Assembly: GCA_963618895.1 (NCBI GenBank)
Contig: CAVEUG010000003.1
Location: 1 to 36,066, forward strand
Direction of reading: 5' to 3'
From: Slackia isoflavoniconvertens
GTDB lineage: Bacteria > Bacillota_I > Bacilli_A > RFN20 > CAG-826
DNA: 36,066 bases
Shown piece after piece: positions 18,230 through 25,551 of this stretch. Both the position numbers and the translations under genes were made by a program. Position 1 is the first letter of the stretch. The number at the start of each line of letters is the position of its first letter. The notes below the pieces were generated by a model. The model saw only the letters and a program-made list of their open reading frames with translations. It ran no database searches and was not told the origin of the DNA.

Positions 18230-19289
18230 AAGATTGCATCCTGGGGTTCATATTAAAGCAAATTTAGAAACTATGGAAATGACAGCGAAGGAATTTTCTG
18301 TTAGGACAGGGATATCTGAACGTGTTTTGTCGCCAATTATTAATTGTAAATCTAACATTACTTTTGAAATCGCTTTTGAATTAGCACAGTTTTTCGGAAG
18401 TTCGGTTGAATTTTGGATGAATTTACAAAATCAATATGACTTATATATGTATGAAATAAAAAGAGATGAAGAATTGAAAAAAGAATTATTATTAGCAAAT
18501 AAAGTAAAAAAATATCTTTTAAGTATTGATGCAATATCTAATAGAGATGCAAATACTGAAATTGTTTTTAAATGTAAAAAGTTGATAGGTGTTAATGACT
18601 TAACGTTGTTGGATAAGAAAGATCCTTTTGCTTGCCTTAAAGAACAGCATTCCAATAAAAGTGTTGATTATTTTATGCAAAACTTTTGGATTGCTTTAGC
18701 TTTAAATGAGGCAAGAAAGAAAAATGGAATTCCATACAACAGAAAATTATTGGTTGATTCCATAGATGAAATAAGAGCGATGACCACACAAGATTTAGAT
18801 GTTTTTCTTCCAAGATTAAAGCAAATTTTATCGGATTGTGGCATTTCTTTTGTTCTACTTCCATATTTGACAAAATCAAATATTTATGGGGTGACTAAAT
18901 GGTTTAGTAAGGATGATGTTATGCTTGCAATCTCAAACAGGGGAGGTAGAGCAGATTTGTTTTGGTTCACTTTGTTTCATGAAATTTCTCATGTATTAAT
19001 GGAGCATAGAAGAAAAGCACTGGTTAATTTAGAGGGTAAAGAAGATGAAGAAGCTGATAAAATGGCAGAAGATATGCTTATTCCTAAAAAAGAATGGGAT
19101 AAATTTATAAACGAAAATAAATTTGATAAAAAATCTATAATTAGTTTTGCAAACAAAATTAATATTCTTCCTTGTATTATTCTTGGAAGATTGCATAAAG
19201 AAAAAAGCAATATAGTTCCTTATGGAAAATTTGATAAATCATTCAATATCTTCTATAAAATTACAAATTATATCGATGTAAAGCAATAA
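18207..19289 (+). CDS. HigA-family XRE HTH antitoxin domain fused to an ImmA/IrrE (COG2856, M78-like) zinc metallopeptidase domain
   Basis: The N-terminus HPGVHIK..L...MTAKEFS..TGIS...LS.IIN.K..IT.E.A..L..FFG.S.EFWMNLQ..YDL is the HigA/VapI signature. HEISH (HExxH, nt 18978-18992) followed by EEADKMAEDMLIP is the ImmA/IrrE signature. The start is ambiguous: GTG 18207 or ATG 18216. Confidence 0.85.
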   Translation: MNIMSNIKRLHPGVHIKANLETMEMTAKEFSVRTGISERVLSPIINCKSNITFEIAFELAQFFGSSVEFWMNLQNQYDLYMYEIKRDEELKKELLLANKVKKYLLSIDAISNRDANTEIVFKCKKLIGVNDLTLLDKKDPFACLKEQHSNKSVDYFMQNFWIALALNEARKKNGIPYNRKLLVDSIDEIRAMTTQDLDVFLPRLKQILSDCGISFVLLPYLTKSNIYGVTKWFSKDDVMLAISNRGGRADLFWFTLFHEISHVLMEHRRKALVNLEGKEDEEADKMAEDMLIPKKEWDKFINENKFDKKSIISFANKINILPCIILGRLHKEKSNIVPYGKFDKSFNIFYKITNYIDVKQ

Positions 19290-19292
19290 AAA

Positions 19293-19315
19293 ACACCAAC
19301 ATTATATATTGGTGT
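19293..19315. terminator. Bidirectional terminator hairpin shared by the HigA-ImmA gene (+) and tRNA-Gly (-)
   Basis: ACACCAA (19293-19299) pairs with TTGGTGT (19309-19315) across a 9-nt loop. An A-run lies on the 5' side. The flanking tracts are weak. Confidence 0.5.
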
Positions 19316-19329
19316 CAAATTAACATATC

Positions 19330-19403
19330 TGGAGCAGGTGACGGGAATCGAACCCGCATGACCAGCTTGGAAGGCTGGAGTTCTACCACTGAACTACACC
19401 TGC
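19330..19403 (-). tRNA. tRNA-Gly (anticodon UCC), CCA encoded
   Basis: The reverse complement GCAGGTGTAGTTCAGTGGTAGAACTCCAGCCTTCCAAGCTGGTCATGCGGGTTCGATTCCCGTCACCTGCTCCA folds as a cloverleaf. Acceptor stem GCAGGTG/CACCTGC, D stem GTTC/GAAC, anticodon stem CCAGC/GCTGG with loop CTTCCAA, T loop TTCGATT, discriminator U. Confidence 0.93.
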
Positions 19404-19413
19404 GCGCCTAAAT

Positions 19414-19442
19414 ATTATATTAGAAGAGTCAATATAATTCAA
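19414..19442 (-). promoter_or_regulatory. Promoter of tRNA-Gly
   Basis: On the minus strand: TTGAAT (19442-19437), 17-nt spacer, TATAAT (19419-19414). The -10 ends 10 nt before the mature tRNA 5' end. Confidence 0.65.
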
Positions 19443-19453
19443 GCGGTAGTTTC

Positions 19454-19768
19454 TTAGTTTAAGGAGCCAGTAACAAAGTTTTTAATGGTTTGTGAATCCA
19501 TATAACCAGTTGTTGCTTTAATTGCTTTCCCATCTTTAATAACAAAGATTGTTGGAACTGCACGAATATTAAATCTTGCTGCAAGTTGTTGGTGTTTATC
19601 AACATCTACTGAAAGGAATTGATAATCTTTTAATTCTTCGCTAACTTCTAAAAGGTTTGGATGTAACATTTTGCATGGGCCGCACCATGTAGCATTAAAA
19701 TCAACAATAGTTACTCCTCTACTTACTAATTCTTCAAAGTTTTCATTTGGTAATAATTCTTTAATCAT
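19454..19768 (-). CDS. trxA: Thioredoxin
   Basis: 104 aa with a WCGPCK active site. Strong SD (AAGGAG). Confidence 0.95.
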   Translation of the reverse strand: MIKELLPNENFEELVSRGVTIVDFNATWCGPCKMLHPNLLEVSEELKDYQFLSVDVDKHQQLAARFNIRAVPTIFVIKDGKAIKATTGYMDSQTIKNFVTGSLN

Positions 19769-19783
19769 AAATTTCTCCTTTTA

Positions 19784-20704
19784 TTACACAATTAATGCAA
19801 ATATTAAATATATTAATGCAATATGTAGCGGATAATACAAATAGAATGAATATTGAATAACTTTATTTGAATATCCTTTTCTTCCGTTATAGAAAAATAT
19901 TGGTATGACACTAAAGAACATAAATGATTGCAAAGCGCCATCAATCAATTGGTCTAAACCATTTCTATAAAATGGAAGATAGGTTATAACATAACAAACA
20001 AGTGTTAAAAAAGCAATTATAATGCATGTAATAGAATTTTTAGACTTTTGATATTGATTAGTTTTTTTAAATTCTTCAATTTGCTCTTCATCGTTTGCTA
20101 ATATTTTTTTCAATCTATTATCATAAATTCCATAGCCAAGTAAAGTAGCCATAAAGATAAATGTAGCAATTATATCGTATTGCATAAATAATCCATTAAA
20201 ATAAATAAAAGATTTAACTTCGCGAATAGTGAAGAAACCTTCAACAAAAATAAGTTTTGTACCAAAACTTGCTATTATGTAAAGAATAGGCAAACAACAC
20301 AAAAATTTATATTTAGAGTGAAATATAAAATAATAAAAAATAGCTAAAATAAATAATGTTATGAAAATGTTTCCATTATACATGAAGTTAAATGATTCAT
20401 TTCCTATAATTTGTATTAAGGTTATTGCTATATAAATTACAATCGCCTCAACGCCTAATCTTAATAAATATTTTTTGATATTTTTTGTGTGTGATAAACC
20501 TTCAAGCAAAACGAAGATAAATATTGGAAGAGTTAGTCTGCCAAATATTCTAAAAACATATCCAACATTATATATTGCACTTTCATTGAAATAACTCATC
20601 ATCATATAACCTATATGATCGAAAGTCATAAAAACGACACCAAGTATTTTTAAAACAAAACTAGAAAGGCCTTTATTATTTGTAGAATTACTTATTTTTT
20701 TCAT
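19784..20704 (-). CDS. TraX-family integral membrane protein
   Basis: The N-terminal LKILGVVFMTFDHIG matches the TraX-family signature (LK.I....M..DH) as I remember it. The protein is polytopic and hydrophobic. It starts 6 nt after the upstream stop. Confidence 0.7.
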   Translation of the reverse strand: MKKISNSTNNKGLSSFVLKILGVVFMTFDHIGYMMMSYFNESAIYNVGYVFRIFGRLTLPIFIFVLLEGLSHTKNIKKYLLRLGVEAIVIYIAITLIQIIGNESFNFMYNGNIFITLFILAIFYYFIFHSKYKFLCCLPILYIIASFGTKLIFVEGFFTIREVKSFIYFNGLFMQYDIIATFIFMATLLGYGIYDNRLKKILANDEEQIEEFKKTNQYQKSKNSITCIIIAFLTLVCYVITYLPFYRNGLDQLIDGALQSFMFFSVIPIFFYNGRKGYSNKVIQYSFYLYYPLHIALIYLIFALIV

Positions 20705-20710
20705 ATTAAA

Positions 20711-21610
20711 TTATTTAGTAGCAAAAATTGAGATAACAGTCATTAAAACTGCAATAAAGTTATTAGTAATGTGGGCTAATATAGATGCTTCAAGTCCTTC
20801 TTTATCGTAGACATAACATAGGATTAATCCAGAAATCACATATGATGGAATGTTGATTAGTTCAACTTTTAACGCATCGCTATTTCCAAACGTGGTGAAA
20901 TCAAAATGGATAAATCCAAATATAATTGCAGCAATTATATAAGCGATAATGCGATTATATCTTCTTAATAAACTAAATAGCCCTAAACGATAACCTAGTT
21001 CTTCGCAAAATGGTCCAATAAATGAAAAAACAATAATAGATAGAACAGGGAAATTTGCGATTATACTATTAATTGCATTTTCATTGTTGTTGCTCCCAAC
21101 ATTTCCAAATGCTACGCTTGAAAAGGCATTATATAAAGCAGAAGCAATAATAAGAAAAAAACCATATGCGATGCCATATATCCAAGTTCTTCTTTCTTTA
21201 TATTTAAAGAAAACTTTAACAACATCTTTATTTAAAATTATTAAGCAAATACCAAATGCTACAAGATAAATAGAAAAATTTATCATAGCATTTCCAGCAA
21301 CTGAATTTAAAAAATATGGGTTAATTAAAATAGTTATAAATTGGAATATAAAAGAAATTGCTGTTAAGCCTAATATGAGCATTAAAAATAAAGATATTTC
21401 TTTTGGAATTGCTACATCTCTTCGATCTGCAAAAACGAGCCATCGTGGTTTTGTTTTAATTTCTTCTTTTTCAATTTGAGGTTCTTCTTCTTTAGTTTCT
21501 GTGAAAGTCTTTTCTTTGTTTTCTTCGATATTGAAGCCACAATATGGGCATTTTTTTAAATCTTCATCAATTAATAAACCGCAATTTGGGCATTTTTTCT
21601 TTTCGTTCAT
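20711..21610 (-). CDS. CPBP-family (CAAX/Abi) intramembrane glutamic protease with an N-terminal zinc ribbon
   Basis: CPNCG...CPYCG ribbon and an acidic linker, followed by CPBP motifs: EELGYR (in FCEELGYRLG), FGFIHF and HITNNF. Confidence 0.85.
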   Translation of the reverse strand: MNEKKKCPNCGLLIDEDLKKCPYCGFNIEENKEKTFTETKEEEPQIEKEEIKTKPRWLVFADRRDVAIPKEISLFLMLILGLTAISFIFQFITILINPYFLNSVAGNAMINFSIYLVAFGICLIILNKDVVKVFFKYKERRTWIYGIAYGFFLIIASALYNAFSSVAFGNVGSNNNENAINSIIANFPVLSIIVFSFIGPFCEELGYRLGLFSLLRRYNRIIAYIIAAIIFGFIHFDFTTFGNSDALKVELINIPSYVISGLILCYVYDKEGLEASILAHITNNFIAVLMTVISIFATK

Positions 21611-21663
21611 TGTTTTTACCTGTCAATAATTATACTATAATTATTGTTGAAAGAAATATTTAT

Positions 21664-22269
21664 ATGGAATTTGTAATTAAAGATTTTTATGAAAATGAGA
21701 TTGATGTAGAAAAATCTAAATTTATAACATATTTTTTCCCGGTTTCTTCTAAAGAAGATTTTCTTTTGCAATTAAATAGAGTTAAAAAAGAGCACAATAA
21801 AGCAAGACATCATTGTTATGCATATAAAATTAATGGAGAAATAAAATATTCTGATGATGGAGAACCCCAAGGCAGTGCTGGAAAACCAATTTTGTCCGTA
21901 ATTGAAAGCAAGAATCTTAATAATTGTGCAATTGTTGTTGTCAGATATTTTGGCGGGGTGCTTCTTGGGAGCGGAAGATTGCTTAGAACCTATTCATTAA
22001 GTGCTTCATCAATTGTTTCTATAGCAAAATTTTATGAAATTATCGAAGAAAATGAAATTTCAGTGGAAGTTGAATTAGATTATTATGATATTTTTAAAAA
22101 TTATCTTTCTAAAAAGCATTTTCTTATTAAATCAACTATCTTTAATGATAAAATATCTATAGTTTTTTATACGCCTTTAAATTTTAACGATGATTTGGAT
22201 TCGATGTTCTATCCAAAAGTTAAAATATTAAATAAGGAAGTAGTGAAACGTGCAAAAGAGGTTATGTAA
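21664..22269 (+). CDS. yigZ: YigZ/IMPACT-family protein
   Basis: KSKFITYFFPV..., ...ARHHCYAY...DDGEPQGSAGKPIL motifs. Start moved to ATG 21664, because the ORF-track start at 21544 would overlap the divergent CPBP gene. Confidence 0.85.
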   Translation: MEFVIKDFYENEIDVEKSKFITYFFPVSSKEDFLLQLNRVKKEHNKARHHCYAYKINGEIKYSDDGEPQGSAGKPILSVIESKNLNNCAIVVVRYFGGVLLGSGRLLRTYSLSASSIVSIAKFYEIIEENEISVEVELDYYDIFKNYLSKKHFLIKSTIFNDKISIVFYTPLNFNDDLDSMFYPKVKILNKEVVKRAKEVM

Positions 22270-23097
22270 ATGAGTGATCAAGAAAATTGCAACCACCAAT
22301 GTGAAGGTTGTTCAGTAGAAAATTGTTCTGGGAGAGGTGGTATTGAGAAAATTAAGCCAAATTCGCAGAGCAGTTTTAAACATGTTATAGGTATTGTTAG
22401 CGGAAAAGGTGGCGTTGGGAAATCGTTTGTTACTTCAATGCTTGCGGTTTCTTTAAATAAACTTGGATATAAGGTTGGGATTTTGGATGGCGATATTACT
22501 GGCCCATCAATTCCAAAAACTTTTAATATTCATGAACAGGCAACTGGTGATGGAGTAAGTTTAATTTTTCCAGCGATTACTAAAACTGGAATTAAAATAA
22601 TTTCATCAAATATGCTTTTGCCAAACGAAACAGACCCAATTATTTGGAGAGGAACTTTAATTTCTAGTTTATTAACTCAATTTTATACGGATGTTTTGTG
22701 GGAAGAACTAGATTATTTATTGATAGATATGCCACCAGGAACTGGAGATGTCACTTTAACAACGTTTCAATCAATTCCATTAGATGGCGTAATTATTGTT
22801 ACTTCGCCACAAGATCTTGTTAGTGTAATTGTTAAAAAAGCTGTAAATATGGCTAAACAAATGAATGTTAAAGTTTTAGGTCTTGTTGAAAACATGTCAT
22901 ATGTCGAATGCCCAAATTGCAAGGAACATATCGAAATTTATGGAAAATCGCATGCAGAAGAAGTAGCAAAAGATGAAGGCATTGAGTTACTTGGACAGTT
23001 ACCAATTAAAGTTGGCGTAAGTAATTTAATCGATGATGGAAAAGTTGAAGAAATTTCATTTAAAGAATTTGATGATATAGTTAAAAAAATAGTTTAA
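22270..23097 (+). CDS. mrp: Mrp/NBP35 (ApbC) family Fe-S cluster carrier ATPase
   Basis: Deviant Walker A GKGGVGKS, a Cys-rich N-terminus (CNHQCEGCSVENC) and a CPNC motif near the C-terminus. Confidence 0.9.
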   Translation: MSDQENCNHQCEGCSVENCSGRGGIEKIKPNSQSSFKHVIGIVSGKGGVGKSFVTSMLAVSLNKLGYKVGILDGDITGPSIPKTFNIHEQATGDGVSLIFPAITKTGIKIISSNMLLPNETDPIIWRGTLISSLLTQFYTDVLWEELDYLLIDMPPGTGDVTLTTFQSIPLDGVIIVTSPQDLVSVIVKKAVNMAKQMNVKVLGLVENMSYVECPNCKEHIEIYGKSHAEEVAKDEGIELLGQLPIKVGVSNLIDDGKVEEISFKEFDDIVKKIV

Positions 23098-23112
23098 TAG
23101 GAGGAAATCTTT

Positions 23113-24378
23113 ATGATAAATGTTAAAGAATTTAAAGATCGAAGAACGAAATTGTATAGTTTATTAGATGATAATAGCATCTTAATTCTTTATGCAGGCA
23201 TTGCTAAAAAAAGTAGTGCTGATGAAACATATGATTTTGTAGGGAATAGAAATTTCTATTATTTAACTAATATTGAACAAGAAGGTTCAGTTCTTGTTGC
23301 TATTAAAAATGATCAAATAGTCACTGAATTTTTATTTGTTTCGGAATATGATGAAAATAAAGAGAAATGGACTGGGAAAAGATTAACAAGTGAAGAAGCT
23401 TGTAAATTAAGTGGAATTACTAACGTTTTGTTCTTAAATACTTTTGAAGCACAAATGAATATGATCTTGAATAAAGATAATCATGCATATGGAATTTTTG
23501 ATAAAATTTATTTAGATTTAGATTCTGAAATAAAAGTTGCTGAAAGAACTACAACAAGAGAAATCATGGAACAAATGCAAGATAAGTATAAAGATATTAA
23601 ATTCTTTGATGTTTATAAAACCATTTGTGATTTAAGAGCGGTTAAAAGCGCTCAAGAAGTTGAAGAACTTAAGGAAGCAGTTGCAAAAACCAAAATCGGT
23701 CTTAATAAAGTCATAGGTGCTATTAAACCAGGCATGTATGAATATCAACTTTCGGCATTATTTAAGTATACTGTTAGTGATTTTGATAACTCAGATTTAT
23801 CGTTTCCAACAATTTCTGCAACAGGTAAAAATGCTGTAATTTTACATTATCCAAATGGAGCATCGAAATTAAGCGATGGCGATTTGGTTCTGTTTGATTT
23901 AGGCGCTAAAAATCACGGATATTGTGGAGATATTTCTCGTACATTTCCTGTTAATGGTAAATTCACAGAACAACAACGATTAATTTATGAAATTGTTCTT
24001 GGATGTAATAAGATGATTATTAAAACTGTTAAACCCGGAATTACTTTAAAAGAATTGCAACAAAAAGCAGTGGAATATATGGCCAGAAGATGTTTAGAAG
24101 CAAATTTAATTAAGAATTTAGAAGATATTCGTTCAGTTTATTATCATAGTGTTTCTCATCATATTGGTCTTGATTGTCATGATCCAATGAATGTAACAAT
24201 GCCTCTTGTTAGCGGAAACATTATAAGCGATGAACCAGGGTTATATTTTAAAGATCTTGGAATTGGCGTAAGAATTGAGGACGATCTTTTAGTTACAGAC
24301 GATGGATGTTATTGTTTATCTGGAAATATTATTAAAGAAGTGAATGATATAGAAAAAGCTATGCTATATAAGGAGTAA
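23113..24378 (+). CDS. pepP: Xaa-Pro aminopeptidase (M24B family)
   Basis: AMP_N-like N-terminal domain (FYYLTN). Metal ligands are in context: DLGA..GYCGDISRTFP, HHIGLDCHD, EPGLY, IRIEDD. Confidence 0.9.
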   Translation: MINVKEFKDRRTKLYSLLDDNSILILYAGIAKKSSADETYDFVGNRNFYYLTNIEQEGSVLVAIKNDQIVTEFLFVSEYDENKEKWTGKRLTSEEACKLSGITNVLFLNTFEAQMNMILNKDNHAYGIFDKIYLDLDSEIKVAERTTTREIMEQMQDKYKDIKFFDVYKTICDLRAVKSAQEVEELKEAVAKTKIGLNKVIGAIKPGMYEYQLSALFKYTVSDFDNSDLSFPTISATGKNAVILHYPNGASKLSDGDLVLFDLGAKNHGYCGDISRTFPVNGKFTEQQRLIYEIVLGCNKMIIKTVKPGITLKELQQKAVEYMARRCLEANLIKNLEDIRSVYYHSVSHHIGLDCHDPMNVTMPLVSGNIISDEPGLYFKDLGIGVRIEDDLLVTDDGCYCLSGNIIKEVNDIEKAMLYKE

Positions 24379-24381
24379 AAT

Positions 24382-25545
24382 ATGAAATACAAGTGCTTAG
24401 TTTGTGGACAAATTATTGATAATAATGAAATGTGTCCATATTGTGGAAGTGATTCTTCTCAGATCGTTCCTATCGAATCAGAAGGAAAAACTGGACATTA
24501 TAGATGTTTAGTTTGCGGTAGAGAAACTGAAAATGGTGATTATTGCCCATATTGCGGAAGTCAAAGATTATATAATTTAGATAGTCGCAAGGTCGAAAAT
24601 ACGACATCAATTAATATCCAAAATAGCGAAGAAAATCATAAACCAGAAGTAAATGAGAGTGAAAAATATGAGCATGTTCATTACGAAAATAAGAACAGTT
24701 TTTTCTTTGATAAACCAGCAGAAGTTAAAGAAGAAAATAATGTTTCCGAAGATGAAAATGTTGCGCCTCAAGAAGAATTTAGTGCTCCAAAAATTGAAGA
24801 TGAAGAGCATTATGAAAGCGAAGAAAATCAAGAATATCACGAAGAAGATGAGAGCAATGAATCTAAATATTTTAATATGTTTGGCGAATTGCTACCATTA
24901 GATTCTATTCAAAACCCTGATCCAGAGAAAGTTGAAACACTTTATAGAATGGGTGTTGAAAGGGGATATAAAATTTCACCTGAAGAGGTAGCTTCTGCTT
25001 TTACTGAAGAAGAATATAAAGAGGAAAGCGAAACTATTAATGAAGAAGGCGATTACAATATTGAAGAGGCCCATTTTGAAGATAATACCGAAAACGTCGG
25101 AGAAGAAAATGTTGCTCCTGAACAAGAAAATTTCATTCACGAACCTGAAGAAGTCGAGCGTGAAGCTGAAGAAACTTTAGATGAAAAAGAAGAAGCTGAA
25201 CATTTAGAATCTGAAGTCGAAATTGATCCAGAAATGACAAACCATTGTATCGAAGAAAATATTTATGATGATGAAGATTTAGAACATGAATTGTATGCTT
25301 CTCTATGCTTATTGCTTTTGAAGAGCGGAGAGAGTGAAGAAGATCAAATTGCTAGACCATTATTGAATTTATTAAAAGAAAAGACATTAGCAAATATTCA
25401 AGAAAAACTTGATGTTGGCGAAGAAGAAAATAAGGTTTTGGCTTTGCTTGATGCTCTTGTTGCAAAAGGCAATGAAACTAACGATGAAAAGCTTCTGAAA
25501 TATAAAAAATTCTTAGATTTGTTTAGAGCTTTATTTGATAAGTAA
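24382..25545 (+). CDS. Hypothetical protein: tandem N-terminal zinc ribbons, long poly-acidic region, helical C-terminal domain
   Basis: Two copies of C-L-V-C-G...C-P-Y-C-G-S, then about 230 aa dominated by E/D/N, then a helical tail. Strong SD (AAGGAG). Starts 3 nt after the pepP stop. Confidence 0.75.
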   Translation: MKYKCLVCGQIIDNNEMCPYCGSDSSQIVPIESEGKTGHYRCLVCGRETENGDYCPYCGSQRLYNLDSRKVENTTSINIQNSEENHKPEVNESEKYEHVHYENKNSFFFDKPAEVKEENNVSEDENVAPQEEFSAPKIEDEEHYESEENQEYHEEDESNESKYFNMFGELLPLDSIQNPDPEKVETLYRMGVERGYKISPEEVASAFTEEEYKEESETINEEGDYNIEEAHFEDNTENVGEENVAPEQENFIHEPEEVEREAEETLDEKEEAEHLESEVEIDPEMTNHCIEENIYDDEDLEHELYASLCLLLLKSGESEEDQIARPLLNLLKEKTLANIQEKLDVGEEENKVLALLDALVAKGNETNDEKLLKYKKFLDLFRALFDK

Positions 25546-25551
25546 AATTTT

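Noticed and set aside
18431-19210. Three antisense ORFs inside the HigA-ImmA gene (18431-18655, 18673-18879, 18989-19210, minus strand).
   Set aside because: They lie opposite a gene with clear domain signatures. Their translations are low complexity (S/L/F/I-rich) and they have no SD. A type I/III-like antisense component cannot be strictly excluded but has no support.
17703-19329. The idea that the TA-like module is part of an integrative element or prophage remnant at tRNA-Gly.
   Set aside because: No integrase, recombinase or phage gene is present, and I could not find a duplicated tRNA 3'-end (att) sequence. Only the location is suggestive. The point is kept as context in the findings, not called a mobile element.
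21544-21663. The 40-codon N-terminal extension of yigZ, and the internal ORF 21084-21269.
   Set aside because: The extension would overlap the divergently transcribed CPBP gene start and its promoter region. YigZ homology begins at MEFVIKDFYE... ORF 21084-21269 is antisense within the CPBP gene.
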